A stretch of 64,000 bases of DNA, from assembly GCA_015520605.1 (NCBI GenBank), contig WAPT01000024.1:12645-76644 (forward strand), in the 5' to 3' direction. The position numbers were made by a program, and so were the translations under genes. Below the pieces are notes generated by a model, which saw nothing but the letters and a program-made list of their open reading frames with translations, was not told the origin of the DNA and searched no databases. Shown in pieces: positions 18,174 through 28,057 of this stretch. Within the stretch, counting starts at the first letter, position 1. Each line of letters starts with the position of its first letter. The DNA is from Nanobdellati archaeon. Lineage in GTDB: Archaea; EX4484-52; WAPT01.

Positions 18174-18749
18174 ATGGCGGAGCAAAAGCAGGAAGTTATG
18201 GCAATTCGGAGGGAAATAAAGATCCCTGAAGGTGTAGAGGTAAGGCTGGAGAATGAAGAGCTTGTGGTGAAGGGTCCCAAAGGCGAGCTGAGGAGAGTGT
18301 TCTCTCACCCGAGGGTGAGGGTTGAAGTAGCTGATGGTGTTGTGAGTGTGATTAGTGATTCCACCAGAAGGAAGGACAAAGCGATAGTCGGAACCTGGGT
18401 GTCTCACATTAAAAACATGATGTATGGTGTCGTGAAGGGTTTTCAGGCAAAGCTAAAGATAGTTTACACACACTTCCCCATGAACGTAAAGCAAGAGGGT
18501 GATTACATAATCATAAGTAACTTCATGGGTGAGAAGGGGATAAGAAAGGCCAAGATCTTTGGAAACGTCACGGTCAAGATAGACAAGGAGGAAATAATGG
18601 TGGAGGGAATAAACATAGAGGAGGTGGGACAGACAGCTGCCAATATCGAGCAGGCATGCAAGTACAGAGCTAATAGAGATCCAAGGATCTTCTTTGACGG
18701 AATATACATCTATCAAAAGCCGAAGAGGAGTGATGATCTATGGCAATGA
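18174..18749 (+). CDS. rpl6: Ribosomal protein uL6.
   Basis: L6 two-domain protein at the operon position. Confidence 0.93.
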   Translation: MAEQKQEVMAIRREIKIPEGVEVRLENEELVVKGPKGELRRVFSHPRVRVEVADGVVSVISDSTRRKDKAIVGTWVSHIKNMMYGVVKGFQAKLKIVYTHFPMNVKQEGDYIIISNFMGEKGIRKAKIFGNVTVKIDKEEIMVEGINIEEVGQTAANIEQACKYRANRDPRIFFDGIYIYQKPKRSDDLWQ

Positions 18750-19456
18750 AGGAGCTTGTGAAGCTCAGGGAGGAAGTCAAGAAAAGGAAACCTGAGTTTA
18801 GGAGATATCTGGCTGATAGGATAAAGAAACTCAGTAGAAGCGGCTACAGAAGGCCTAAAGGCATACAGAATAAGATGAGAAAGAGAATCTTTGGAAAGCC
18901 GAAAATGCCATGCGCTGGTTATGGAGGTCCGAGAGAAGCAAGGCACCTTCACCCTTCAGGTTATAGAGAGGTACTTGTATATAATCCTGCTGATCTCGAT
19001 AAAATAGACAAGGAAAATGAGGCTGTGAGAATAGCTTCGTGCGTTGGCACAAAAAAGAGGCTGGAAATTTTGAAGAAAGCTGAAGAGCTTGGAATAAAGG
19101 TGCTCAACCCGAGAATAAAGAGGAGAGCTTATCTCGAGCTTAAGAGAAGGGAAGAAGAAAAGAAGAAGAAAGAGAAGGAAAAAGCTGAGGAAGCAAAGGA
19201 GGAAAAAGCAGAAAAATCTGAGGAAAAGGAAGAGAAGAAGAAAGTCTCGGAGAAAAAGGAGAAAGCAGAGGAATCCATTGCTCAGCAAAAGGAAGGTGTT
19301 GAAAAATCGAAGGATGAAATAGAAGAGGCGAAGAAGGGAAGAAAGAAAAAGAACACCACACCTCAAAAACGCGCTGAAACATCCGCCAAGAAAGGTGGAA
19401 AGAGATCCAGCAGATCTTCTCCAGCTTCCAAAACAAAAAGGGGTGAGAAGTCATGA
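18740..19456 (+). CDS. rpl32e: Ribosomal protein eL32 with a ~100-aa Lys/Glu-rich C-terminal extension.
   Basis: L32e core in the N-terminal half, followed by a KE-rich low-complexity tail. Confidence 0.88.
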   Translation: MAMKELVKLREEVKKRKPEFRRYLADRIKKLSRSGYRRPKGIQNKMRKRIFGKPKMPCAGYGGPREARHLHPSGYREVLVYNPADLDKIDKENEAVRIASCVGTKKRLEILKKAEELGIKVLNPRIKRRAYLELKRREEEKKKKEKEKAEEAKEEKAEKSEEKEEKKKVSEKKEKAEESIAQQKEGVEKSKDEIEEAKKGRKKKNTTPQKRAETSAKKGGKRSSRSSPASKTKRGEKS

Positions 19457-19635
19457 TCATCGAAATACCTTTCGTTCACTTTCATGAAAGAATCTGTCCT
19501 GCATGCGGAGCTCTGACAAGAGAGCTGAAAATTGAAGGTGTCACTATTTATTCATGCAAAAGGTGTGGGATTGCCTATACAAGGGAGGCTATTATCCTTA
19601 CACAACAGAGAGATATAGAACCAGTGAATAATTAA
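19453..19635 (+). CDS. Small Zn-ribbon protein (60 aa) inserted between eL32 and eL19.
   Basis: CPACG...CKRCG double CxxC motif. It is translationally coupled to its neighbours through overlapping start and stop codons. Confidence 0.5.
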   Translation: MIIEIPFVHFHERICPACGALTRELKIEGVTIYSCKRCGIAYTREAIILTQQRDIEPVNN

Positions 19636-20117
19636 TGGTCGTGGTGATCGCAATGAATTTGAGAACACAGAAAAGGATGGCCGCACAGATACTTAAGTGT
19701 GGGATCCACAGAGTGTGGATTGATCCAGAGCATGTGGATGAAGTAGCAGAAGCCATCACTAAGGATGACATAAGAAGACTTATAAGGGAGGGCAAGATAG
19801 GAGTGCTGCCCAAGCAGGGTGTGAGTACAGCACGCGCTAAATACATAAAAATGCAGAAGAAGAAGGGTAGGAGAAGAGGACATGGATCAAGAAAGGGTAA
19901 GAAAACTGCGAGAATGCCAAGAAAGCTCGCATGGATGATCAGAATCCGCGCTTTGAGGAGACTCCTGAGAGAGCTCAGGGCCAGGGGAGAGATAACCCGC
20001 TCTGAATACAGGATGCTATATGCTCATGCTAAGGGTGGTATGTTCAGATCGAAAGCTCACCTTCTTCAGAGGGTTGAGAAGCTGAAGGAGATGAGAAGCA
20101 AGGAAGCAGAGGCGTGA
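19635..20117 (+). CDS. rpl19e: Ribosomal protein eL19. The likely start is at 19653.
   Basis: N-terminus [17 protein letters not shown] and operon position. Confidence 0.92.
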   Translation: MVVVIAMNLRTQKRMAAQILKCGIHRVWIDPEHVDEVAEAITKDDIRRLIREGKIGVLPKQGVSTARAKYIKMQKKKGRRRGHGSRKGKKTARMPRKLAWMIRIRALRRLLRELRARGEITRSEYRMLYAHAKGGMFRSKAHLLQRVEKLKEMRSKEAEA

Positions 20118-20674
20118 TGAGTATGGCGAGAGCAGGCTATGTCATGAAGTTCAGGAGAAGGAGGGAAGGTAAAACAGACTATAGAAAAAGGCTTGCTCTT
20201 GTGAAGAGTGGTAAGCCCATACTTACCGTCAGGAGAACGAACACACAGATAATTACCCACATAAGGGAGTTTAATCCTGCTGGAGACATAACAAGAGTTA
20301 TGATAACCTCAAAGAAGCTTGCTGAATATGGGTGGGAACACTCATCATTCAAGAACACACCCGCAGCCTACCTTACTGGATATCTTATAGGCAAAATGGC
20401 GCTGCAGCAGGGAATAAAGGAGGCCATACTCGACATTGGCAGGCATGCTGCCACAAAAGGAGCGAGGGTCTTTGCAGTGCTCAAAGGGGCTGTTGACGCT
20501 GGCCTTGAAATCCCCCATTCAGATGATAAGGTACCCGATGAGAGCAGGATTAGAGGAGAGCATATAAGCGATGATGTTGTGGAAATGTTCAAAAAGGTTA
20601 AGGAAAATATTGATAAGATGTTTTCCGAAGCAGGAAGTGCACAAAAAAAGAAGAAATCTAGTAAGAAGGAGTGA
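20114..20674 (+). CDS. rpl18: Ribosomal protein uL18.
   Basis: L18 signature with a KK-rich C-terminus. Confidence 0.92.
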   Translation: MMSMARAGYVMKFRRRREGKTDYRKRLALVKSGKPILTVRRTNTQIITHIREFNPAGDITRVMITSKKLAEYGWEHSSFKNTPAAYLTGYLIGKMALQQGIKEAILDIGRHAATKGARVFAVLKGAVDAGLEIPHSDDKVPDESRIRGEHISDDVVEMFKKVKENIDKMFSEAGSAQKKKKSSKKE

Positions 20675-20680
20675 TGCTCA

Positions 20681-21382
20681 ATGCCAGTGAAAATGTCTCT
20701 TGAGGATTGGGTGCCAAGGACCGAGCTTGGGAGGATGGTGAAGGAGGGAAAGATTAAGTCGATAGAGGAAATTTTCCAGAAAGGATACGTTATAAGAGAG
20801 GCCGAAATCGTTGATTATCTCGTACCTGACCTCAAGGAGGAACTCATAAATATAGGTGGTGTTAGCGGTAAAGGTGGTGGTAAGAGAAGAGTGCCTGTAA
20901 GGTCGACGGTTAGGATGCACAAATCTGGTAGGAGAAGAACCCTTCATGCTGCTGCAGTAGTTGGCAACGAAAACGGCCTTATAGGGTTCGGTGTAGCAAG
21001 GGGAAAGAGTGCGAGAGAGGTTATAGAAAAAGCAATAAGGAATGCAAAGCTCAACATCTTCCCAGTAAGGAGGGGTTGTGGATCGTGGGAATGTGGTTGC
21101 AGAACGCCACACTCCATTCCCTTTAAAGCTGAGGGCAAGATGGGAAGCGTTAGGGTTATCCTTATGCCCGCTCCTAAAGGTGTGGGTCTTGTCATAGGGG
21201 ATGAGTTGAAGAAAGTTATGAGACTCGCTGGGATCAAAGATGTATGGTCAAAATCTTTTGGAGATACGAGAACTAGACTCAACTCTGTAGGAGCGGCTAT
21301 TAAAGCCTTCAAAAACCTTAACAAGATGAAGATCACAGAGGAAGATATCGAAAAGACAGGGATGGTTCAGGGTGCTGTGTGA
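20681..21382 (+). CDS. rps5: Ribosomal protein uS5.
   Basis: dsRBD and S5 C-terminal domain motifs, at the operon position. Confidence 0.93.
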   Translation: MPVKMSLEDWVPRTELGRMVKEGKIKSIEEIFQKGYVIREAEIVDYLVPDLKEELINIGGVSGKGGGKRRVPVRSTVRMHKSGRRRTLHAAAVVGNENGLIGFGVARGKSAREVIEKAIRNAKLNIFPVRRGCGSWECGCRTPHSIPFKAEGKMGSVRVILMPAPKGVGLVIGDELKKVMRLAGIKDVWSKSFGDTRTRLNSVGAAIKAFKNLNKMKITEEDIEKTGMVQGAV

Positions 21383-21813
21383 TGTACGCTGTGGTGAGGG
21401 TTAGAGGTACTGTCGGAGTAAGGGAAGATATAGAGAGAACATTAAAATTTCTCAACCTTAATAAGCCACACCACTGCACAGTTGTGCCCAAGACATCTTC
21501 ATACGAGGGTATGATATTCAAGGTAAAGGACTACGTTACTTGGGGGGAGATTAATGAAGAAACGCTCAGACTACTAGTTGGGAAAAGAGGTGAGCTCGAG
21601 CGCGGAGGCAGAGTACCTCCTGAAAAGGTTGATGAGCTCGTTGAGAGGATAAAGGAATTTGGGCTCAAAAAAGCCGGTCTGAAGCCGGTATTCCGTCTTT
21701 CTCCTCCCAGAAGGGGGTACGAAAGGAATGGAATAAAGAAACCGTTTAAACTGGGTGGAGCTCTTGGTTACAGGGGGGAAAAGATAAACGATCTGATAAA
21801 ACGGATGGTATAA
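21379..21813 (+). CDS. rpl30: Ribosomal protein uL30.
   Basis: N-terminus MYAVVRVRG, as in L30. Confidence 0.92.
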   Translation: MMYAVVRVRGTVGVREDIERTLKFLNLNKPHHCTVVPKTSSYEGMIFKVKDYVTWGEINEETLRLLVGKRGELERGGRVPPEKVDELVERIKEFGLKKAGLKPVFRLSPPRRGYERNGIKKPFKLGGALGYRGEKINDLIKRMV

Positions 21814-21822
21814 GAAAGGTGG

Positions 21823-22335
21823 GTGATGATGGTCGTCCGGAGGAAGAAAAGGAAGACCAACAAGTTCAGAGGATCAAAGACGCACGGTTGGGGGTCAAAG
21901 AAGAAACACAGGGGTAAGGGTTCGAGGGGGGGTAAGGGAAACGCAGGGATGGGTAAGAGAGGACAACAGAAGCTTACAGTGCTGTATGCCGAGGGCAAAC
22001 TCCCGCTTGGCAGAGCTGATAAAGGCTTTACAAGACACAAATCTCTGATCAGGGAGAAGAAATACATAAACGTTGGAGATTTGGAACTCTATCTTGAAAG
22101 GTTTGAGGCTATGGGCGTAGCGGAAAAGAAGGGTGATGTTTACTCTGTTGATCTGGAAAAGGCAGGTTACGATAAGCTATTGGGGGCGGGTAAGATCACC
22201 ATTTCCATAGAGGCAAGGATAGCTGAAGCCACACCTAAAGCCATTCGGAAAGTTGAAGCCGCCGGAGGTAAGGTTGTGATCTCATCTCGGGGTGAGGGTG
22301 AAGAAGCCATCGAGTCTGCACCAACCACCGAGTAG
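21823..22335 (+). CDS. rpl15: Ribosomal protein uL15.
   Basis: Gly/Lys-rich N-terminus and operon position. Confidence 0.9.
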   Translation: MMMVVRRKKRKTNKFRGSKTHGWGSKKKHRGKGSRGGKGNAGMGKRGQQKLTVLYAEGKLPLGRADKGFTRHKSLIREKKYINVGDLELYLERFEAMGVAEKKGDVYSVDLEKAGYDKLLGAGKITISIEARIAEATPKAIRKVEAAGGKVVISSRGEGEEAIESAPTTE

Positions 22336-23753
22336 TGCCTTCAAGGTTGTTCGAAATGGACTGGGAAAGTATTTTTCAACTTCTGCCTGGAGTAGAACAC
22401 CCGAAAAAAAAGCTCACGCTTAATGAGAGGCTCAAATGGACAGGTATAATTCTCATTCTTTACTTTATCCTCATAGAAATAAAGGTATATGGTATAAGTC
22501 CTGAAATTGCGGAGCGCTTTGCTGAGTGGGAGATGCTCCTTGGGGCAAGAACAGGCAGCCTCATGACTCTCGGTATAGGTCCGATAGTAACAGCGTCCAT
22601 CCTCCTGCAGATGCTGGTCGGGGCAAGAATAATTAACTGGGATCTTAACACGACACATGGCAGAATTATGTTCCAAGGTGCACAGAAGCTTCTTGCCATC
22701 ATAATAACAGTAATGGAAGCGACCGCATGGGTACTCTTCGGGCCAATAAAGCCAGCTGAATACACGCTCTGGAACACCCTCATAGTGATCCTCCAGCTCT
22801 GCATAGGCGGGTGGCTGGTTATTTTCATGGATGAGGTTGTGAGCAAGTGGGGGTTCGGTAGCGGAATTTCACTTTTCATTGTCGGAGGGATTTCACGACA
22901 GCTTTTCATAAAGCTGTTCAGTTTTGAAAGCGCCGGCGAATATTACGCAGGAAGGCTTCTCGCTTTCATTCAGATGCTGATCCAGGGTAACCCGCAATGG
23001 GTACTCCTCGTGCCGATAATAACAACATTTCTGATCTTCATAATAGCGGTCGTGGCCCAGGGCATGAGGGTCGAGATACCTCTTGCGTTTGGAACACTCA
23101 GAGGTTTCGGAAGAAAATGGCCGCTGCGATTCATTTACACCAATGTCATACCTGTTATTCTGGTAACAGCACTCCTCATCAACATAGAGATGACGGGCCA
23201 GATGATCGCTCATCCCGTTGAAGGCTCCCTCTCCCTAAGGTGCGGCCCGCTGGGATGCTTTGACGAGCATGGTCGTCCGAAAAGCGGACTGGTATATTAC
23301 ATCACACCTCCATACAACTTTATGATTTCCCTTATTTATGGGAGCATTACCACCCGAGAGTTAATCAGAGCTATTATTTATCTTTTGATAATGATTTTTG
23401 GTACCGCTCTGTTCTCATACTTCTGGGTTATGACCTCAGGTATGGATGCTAAAAGCGTCGCTGAACAGATACAGGCTGCAAGCCTGCAGATACCGGGTTT
23501 CAGAAAAGATCCGAGGGTTATTGAAAAGGTTCTTGACAGGTACATAACACCGCTAGCGATCATGGGCGGAGCTTTTGTCGGATTCCTTGCAGCCATAGCC
23601 GATCTTATGGGGGCGCTTGTCAGAGGCACGGCAATCTTGCTTGCCGTGATGATAGTGTACAACATGTATGAAATGCTGGCCGTTCAGCAGCTTGAGGAGG
23701 CTCATCCGCTTGTGAGAAAGCTCATGAGCTCAGCCAGGGGGAAAGGCGAATGA
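22335..23753 (+). CDS. secY: Preprotein translocase subunit SecY.
   Basis: 472-aa protein with 10 TM segments and SecY motifs, located after L15. Confidence 0.95.
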   Translation: MPSRLFEMDWESIFQLLPGVEHPKKKLTLNERLKWTGIILILYFILIEIKVYGISPEIAERFAEWEMLLGARTGSLMTLGIGPIVTASILLQMLVGARIINWDLNTTHGRIMFQGAQKLLAIIITVMEATAWVLFGPIKPAEYTLWNTLIVILQLCIGGWLVIFMDEVVSKWGFGSGISLFIVGGISRQLFIKLFSFESAGEYYAGRLLAFIQMLIQGNPQWVLLVPIITTFLIFIIAVVAQGMRVEIPLAFGTLRGFGRKWPLRFIYTNVIPVILVTALLINIEMTGQMIAHPVEGSLSLRCGPLGCFDEHGRPKSGLVYYITPPYNFMISLIYGSITTRELIRAIIYLLIMIFGTALFSYFWVMTSGMDAKSVAEQIQAASLQIPGFRKDPRVIEKVLDRYITPLAIMGGAFVGFLAAIADLMGALVRGTAILLAVMIVYNMYEMLAVQQLEEAHPLVRKLMSSARGKGE

Positions 23754-23771
23754 TGATGGGGGTGGTAATGG

Positions 23772-24218
23772 ATGCAGATTCTTGAATACTTATCCTCCGT
23801 TGATCCGCTCATTGGTGTGACAGCTTTCTCCATCTTCATGGCTTTTCTGTTCCCTCTGATCTATCTCTTCATCATCGACGTTGAGAGGGCGAAAGAACTC
23901 AAAAGGAAAGCAAAGGATTACCAGAAGAGGATGAGGGAAGCGAGAAAACGTGGGGATGAAAAAGAATTAAAAGATTTGCTTGAAAAAAATATGAGTCTCC
24001 TAGGCGAGCAGATGAGTCTAACCCAGAAACAGCTTATATGTACCCTCGCGATAATTATAGTTGTTTTCCCAATCCTAAAGCGGCTGTACGGTAATGCGAC
24101 ATTTAAACTTCCATTCCCACTACCCTTCGTGGGAAGCGATGTGGGGATAATAGGGCTCTACATAATCATATCAATTCCTGCATCAATGTTTTTCAGAAAG
24201 CTGCTTCGTGTGGATTGA
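23772..24218 (+). CDS. DUF106 membrane protein, the archaeal Oxa1/EMC3-like insertase homolog.
   Basis: 148-aa membrane protein with a KE-rich cytosolic coiled segment, at the conserved position after SecY. No adk or cmk lies in between. Confidence 0.7.
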   Translation: MQILEYLSSVDPLIGVTAFSIFMAFLFPLIYLFIIDVERAKELKRKAKDYQKRMREARKRGDEKELKDLLEKNMSLLGEQMSLTQKQLICTLAIIIVVFPILKRLYGNATFKLPFPLPFVGSDVGIIGLYIIISIPASMFFRKLLRVD

Positions 24219-24229
24219 GGTGAGATGAA

Positions 24230-24496
24230 ATGAGGCCATCACTCAGAGGCGGTAAATGGAAGAGAGTAAGGACCCCGGGAGGAAGACTTGTAATTCGTAG
24301 GGTTGAGAGAAAGGTTAACTTTGTAAGATGCGGACTGTGTGGCACAATTCTTAGTGGTGTGCCCAGAGAGAGGACCCACACCTTCAAGGGTCTCGCAAAA
24401 ACAAAGAAAAGACCCGAAAGGATGTACGGAGGTGTACTTTGCCCATCCTGTCTTAAGAAAAAAATAGTTGAGGCGGTCATAAAACTTAATGAATAA
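24230..24496 (+). CDS. rpl34e: Ribosomal protein eL34.
   Basis: C4 Zn-ribbon motifs CGLCG...CPSC. Confidence 0.9.
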   Translation: MRPSLRGGKWKRVRTPGGRLVIRRVERKVNFVRCGLCGTILSGVPRERTHTFKGLAKTKKRPERMYGGVLCPSCLKKKIVEAVIKLNE

Positions 24497-24508
24497 AATG
24501 GCGGGTGA

Positions 24509-24790
24509 GTGTGGATGCTTGAGGTGGGTAGAGTCTGTGTTAAGAATGCAGGAAGAGATGCGGGAAGCTTTTGTGTTGTGATAGATGTTATAGATGATAA
24601 CTTCGTCATGATCACGGGGCCAAAAAGCCTTACCGGCGCGAGAAGAAAAAGGTGCAACATAAGACATCTTGAGCCGACACCTTACAAGGTGAAAATAAAT
24701 AAAAATGCGAGCGATGAGGAAGTGCTGAATGCGATAAAGGAAGCTGGCATTGAGGATCTTATGAGTAAGAGAATTAAAATAGAGGTCTAA
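24509..24790 (+). CDS. rpl14e: Ribosomal protein eL14 (KOW).
   Basis: KOW-like motif and operon position. Confidence 0.88.
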   Translation: MWMLEVGRVCVKNAGRDAGSFCVVIDVIDDNFVMITGPKSLTGARRKRCNIRHLEPTPYKVKINKNASDEEVLNAIKEAGIEDLMSKRIKIEV

Positions 24791-24811
24791 CTTTCAAAAA
24801 TTTATTAAAAG

Positions 24812-25807
24812 ATGCTCTCTACTTCTATCTGCATGCTGCTTGTGAGAGAAAAAGTAGAAACATCGGAAAAGTATGGATATTATCCTCATGAAAGGCCCGT
24901 AGAACAGCTTTTGAACTATGGCGCTGTCATAATCGACAAGCCACGCGGACCCACAAGCCACCAGGTTGTTGCGTGGGTTAAAGAAATTCTTGGCATAGCA
25001 AAAGCGGGTCAGACAGGCACTCTTGATCCAAACGCTACAGGAGTTCTTGTCATTCTTCTCAACCACAGTGTAAAGATCACACAGATACTTGCAAGAAGTG
25101 ATAAGGAATACGTTGCTCTGATGAAACTACACGCTGATGTCGAGCCCGAGAGGGTGATGGATGCTGTGAAGCGATTTGAGGGTACAATAACGCAGATACC
25201 TCCAGTCAGAAGTGCTGTCGCCAGAAAACCAAGGAAAAGGAGAATATACTATATAAACGTTCTTGAAATGGAGGGAAGGTACGTCCTCTTGCATGTGAAG
25301 TGTGAAGCAGGCACTTACATAAGAAAGTTATGCGTTGATATAGGCAAGACCTTGGGTGTGAATGCAAACCTCCAGGAGCTGAGGAGAATTGCGGTGGGAC
25401 ACATAAGCGAGGATAAATCCCACTATCTTCAGGATTTGGTTGATGCTTACGTGCTTTGGAAGGAAAAAGGTGATGACTCGCTCTTACGAGAGGTTGTGCT
25501 GCCTGTGGAATATCTCCTGAAGGATGTTAAGAAGGTTCTAATTAAGGATAGTGCCATTTCACCCATATGTTATGGGGCTCAGCTCCATGTGGGTGGGATC
25601 TCAATGGTGGACTCTACCATAAGGAAAGGAGACACGGTTGCGATAATGAGTCTGAAGGGCGAGCTTGTTGCGATTGGTAAAGCTGAAATGAGCGCCGAGG
25701 AGATGGTCAATAGAAAGAAAGGCGTGGCTTGCACCATAAAAAGAGTCATAATGGAGAAGGACACCTATCCAAAACTGTGGAAGACTCAGAAAAGCGAAAT
25801 AAAATAA
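24812..25807 (+). CDS. cbf5: H/ACA RNP pseudouridine synthase Cbf5 (TruB family, PUA domain). An alternative start lies at 24833.
   Basis: TruB catalytic motif GTLDPNATGVL and a C-terminal PUA domain. Confidence 0.93.
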   Translation: MLSTSICMLLVREKVETSEKYGYYPHERPVEQLLNYGAVIIDKPRGPTSHQVVAWVKEILGIAKAGQTGTLDPNATGVLVILLNHSVKITQILARSDKEYVALMKLHADVEPERVMDAVKRFEGTITQIPPVRSAVARKPRKRRIYYINVLEMEGRYVLLHVKCEAGTYIRKLCVDIGKTLGVNANLQELRRIAVGHISEDKSHYLQDLVDAYVLWKEKGDDSLLREVVLPVEYLLKDVKKVLIKDSAISPICYGAQLHVGGISMVDSTIRKGDTVAIMSLKGELVAIGKAEMSAEEMVNRKKGVACTIKRVIMEKDTYPKLWKTQKSEIK

Positions 25808-25846
25808 TAAAAATGATCAGAACTTAATGGTTTGGAGGTGTTGTAT

Positions 25847-26053
25847 ATGGGTGTTGATAAGAGACTGCTTGAGATTCTTGCTTGTCCGAAGTGTAAGGGA
25901 AATGTGGTTGAGAAGGGCATGTTTCTGGTGTGTGAGAAATGCAAGCTTGCTTTTCCAGTGCTTGATGGAGACGTGCCGGATATGTTACTTGAGGACGCAT
26001 GGGAACTGGAGAAAGCTGAAGAAGCGGGGTTCAAGCACAATCTCAAACTTTAA
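25847..26053 (+). CDS. Trm112-like small Zn-ribbon protein.
   Basis: LLEILACPKCKG...L.CEKC...FPVLDGDVPDML matches the Trm112/UPF0434 fold. Confidence 0.6.
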   Translation: MGVDKRLLEILACPKCKGNVVEKGMFLVCEKCKLAFPVLDGDVPDMLLEDAWELEKAEEAGFKHNLKL

Positions 26054-26084
26054 AGATTTTCCAATACCAACAATTACCTTAAGT

Positions 26085-26327
26085 ATGACAGATTATATGT
26101 TTGCCTACAAAGAACTAATAAAGGCAGGATATCAAGACCCTCCTGTCGACTTCTGCCCTGCGTGTCCGTTTTTTGAAGATGACTATCTGCCGCTGTGCAA
26201 CCACCCTGGGTATGGAGAAGTAAAAGAAGTAAAATGGAACGGAACTGCGATTCTTGTGAGTTGTCCACTTCAACTTGAGTACCTCGATAAGTTGGAAAAA
26301 GAAAATTTAAAAATACAGCTTCAATAA
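26085..26327 (+). CDS. Hypothetical small Cys-containing protein (80 aa).
   Basis: In-frame ATG within the track ORF 25827..26327, containing a CPACP...C...C pattern. Coding status is uncertain. Confidence 0.3.
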   Translation: MTDYMFAYKELIKAGYQDPPVDFCPACPFFEDDYLPLCNHPGYGEVKEVKWNGTAILVSCPLQLEYLDKLEKENLKIQLQ

Positions 26328-26351
26328 AGGAACTAATTAGGCTTCTTTTGT

Positions 26352-26438
26352 GCCGCGGTCGCATAGCCTGGTAGTGCGCCGGCCTTGAGAGCCGGTGCCC
26401 GCAAGGGCGCGCAGGTTCAAATCCTGCCCGCGGCGCCA
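26352..26438 (+). tRNA. tRNA-Ser (anticodon TGA).
   Basis: Hand-folded cloverleaf with acceptor GCCGCGG/CCGCGGC, anticodon loop CTTGAGA, a long variable arm (GCCC/GGGC stem), T-arm GCAGG-TTCAAAT-CCTGC, and an encoded CCA. Confidence 0.85.
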
Positions 26439-26613
26439 TTGATAACTTTTTAAATTTTACGTGAGTATAAATTGTCACGTTTTTAATACTGAAAATAGTC
26501 ACCTGGACTGTGGTCCGGTGGCCTCCAGAAAGGATCACTGGGAGCATAAATCCGGGCCGGTTCTTAGGGGGAGCAGTGCTGTTAATGATATTAAAACCGT
26601 TTGGTGTGGAGTC

Positions 26614-27072
26614 ATGGCAGCGAGAGAGGTTAAGGCTGAAGAGGTAGTACGTATAGCCGGTACGGATCTCAACGGCGACTATTACGTTTATATGGCACTC
26701 CAGGGTATAAAGGGTGTTGGTTACAATTTTGCGAGAGCTCTCGTTAGGCTTCTTGGGATAGACGAAAGCAAGAAGTTGAAAGAACTCGGTGAGGAGGAGA
26801 TTAAGAAGATAGAAGACGCTCTTAAAAACCCTATGAAATACGGGATGCCTGCGTGGATGCTCAACAGGAGAAAAGATAGAGAAACTGGAAAGGACATGCA
26901 CCTGATCGGTACGGATCTTGAGCTTCAGGTTAAGGAGGACATAAATAGGCTTATTCGTATAAGGTGTTATAGAGGAATAAGACACCAGATGGGTCTGCCG
27001 GTTAGGGGACAGCGTACAAGGACAGGGTTCAGGAAGGGTATGACTGTTGGTGTGCAAAGAAAGAAGAAGTGA
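26614..27072 (+). CDS. rps13: Ribosomal protein uS13. The track ORF is over-extended upstream to 26461.
   Basis: N-terminus [19 protein letters not shown], typical of S13. Confidence 0.92.
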   Translation: MAAREVKAEEVVRIAGTDLNGDYYVYMALQGIKGVGYNFARALVRLLGIDESKKLKELGEEEIKKIEDALKNPMKYGMPAWMLNRRKDRETGKDMHLIGTDLELQVKEDINRLIRIRCYRGIRHQMGLPVRGQRTRTGFRKGMTVGVQRKKK

Positions 27073-27082
27073 CGTGGTCGAT

Positions 27083-27628
27083 ATGGGAGATCCTCGAAGG
27101 ATAAGAAGGAAATGGAAACCACCACGCAAGAGGTGGGATGCTGAGAGGATTAGAGAAGAGAGAAAGTTGATGAGACAATACGGCTTAAGGAGAAAGAAGG
27201 AGATAAGGAGAGCAGAGGAAATTGTGAGGAGGCTTAGAAGGAGGGCAAGGAGCCTCATAGCAAATCCAAACGAGGAGGAGGAAAAATCTCTCATAAAGAA
27301 AGCCTATGAGATGGGCCTTGTTGATGAAAACGCGACTCTTGATGACATCCTCAGCATAACAGTTAAGGATCTCCTTGAAAGGCGACTTCAGACGATGGTT
27401 TACAGACTGGGATTAGCAAGAACCATAAAACAGGCGAGACAGTTTATAGTTCACGGACACATCATGGTGGATGGACAAAGGGTGGTGACTCCCAGCTATA
27501 TAGTTCATAGAGATGAGGAAAACACCATAGATTTCCATCCAAACTCTCCAATAAAGGAAATGTACGAAAAGGGCTTTGGTATTTTTGCTGATTTCAAGAA
27601 TAAGGGAGCAGAGGTTCAAAACCAATAA
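27083..27628 (+). CDS. rps4: Ribosomal protein uS4.
   Basis: S4 domain (…[15 protein letters not shown]…). An alternative start lies at 27047. Confidence 0.92.
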   Translation: MGDPRRIRRKWKPPRKRWDAERIREERKLMRQYGLRRKKEIRRAEEIVRRLRRRARSLIANPNEEEEKSLIKKAYEMGLVDENATLDDILSITVKDLLERRLQTMVYRLGLARTIKQARQFIVHGHIMVDGQRVVTPSYIVHRDEENTIDFHPNSPIKEMYEKGFGIFADFKNKGAEVQNQ

Positions 27629-27647
27629 ATCCAAGTGGTGATATTTC

Positions 27648-28052
27648 ATGGCCACAGAAAAACAGAAGCAGGAAAGGTGGGGGATAGCACACATTTACAG
27701 CAGCTTTAACAACACCATAGTACATATAACGGATATAACCGGGGCTTATACGATCTCTAGGGTTTCCGGAGGATTCGTTACGGACAAGGGCAGACTTAAG
27801 GGTGCCCCCTATCAAGCTATGCTCGCTGCTAAAAGAGCAGCCGAGGAGGCTCTTGAAAAGGGCATTACAGCTGTACATGTTCGTGTTAGAGCGCCGGGCG
27901 GACACCTTTCGAGGATCCCAGGTCCTGGAGCGCAACCGGCCATCAGGGCGCTTATACAGGCGGGGTTGAAGATTGGAAAGATTGAGGATGTAACGCCAAT
28001 TCCTCACGACCGCACGAGAAAACCCGGAGGAAGGAGAGGTAGGAGAGTGTGA
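27648..28052 (+). CDS. rps11: Ribosomal protein uS11.
   Basis: S11 signature [16 protein letters not shown]. Confidence 0.93.
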   Translation: MATEKQKQERWGIAHIYSSFNNTIVHITDITGAYTISRVSGGFVTDKGRLKGAPYQAMLAAKRAAEEALEKGITAVHVRVRAPGGHLSRIPGPGAQPAIRALIQAGLKIGKIEDVTPIPHDRTRKPGGRRGRRV

Positions 28053-28057
28053 TGTGA

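Noticed and set aside
9823-21336. Numerous antisense or alternative-frame ORFs inside ribosomal protein genes, e.g. 9823..10140, 10939..11430, 12532..13056, 13209..13766, 16897..17424, 17042..17710, 18956..19366 and 20944..21336.
   Set aside because: Each lies entirely within, and antisense or out of frame to, a highly conserved ribosomal protein gene. Their low-complexity products (S/L/P-rich) are typical of spurious reverse-frame ORFs.
25827-26084. 166-aa ORF 25827..26327 in an alternative frame, overlapping the Trm112-like gene.
   Set aside because: Its N-terminal part overlaps the better-supported Trm112-like frame (conserved CPxC…FPVxDGIP motif). Only its C-terminal 80 codons, from ATG 26085, were kept as a low-confidence gene.
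26461-26613. 5' extension of the uS13 ORF (track start 26461), which reads through the region just downstream of tRNA-Ser.
   Set aside because: The true uS13 N-terminus ([12 protein letters not shown]) begins at 26614. The upstream extension has no homology and would place a protein start 23 nt after a tRNA gene.
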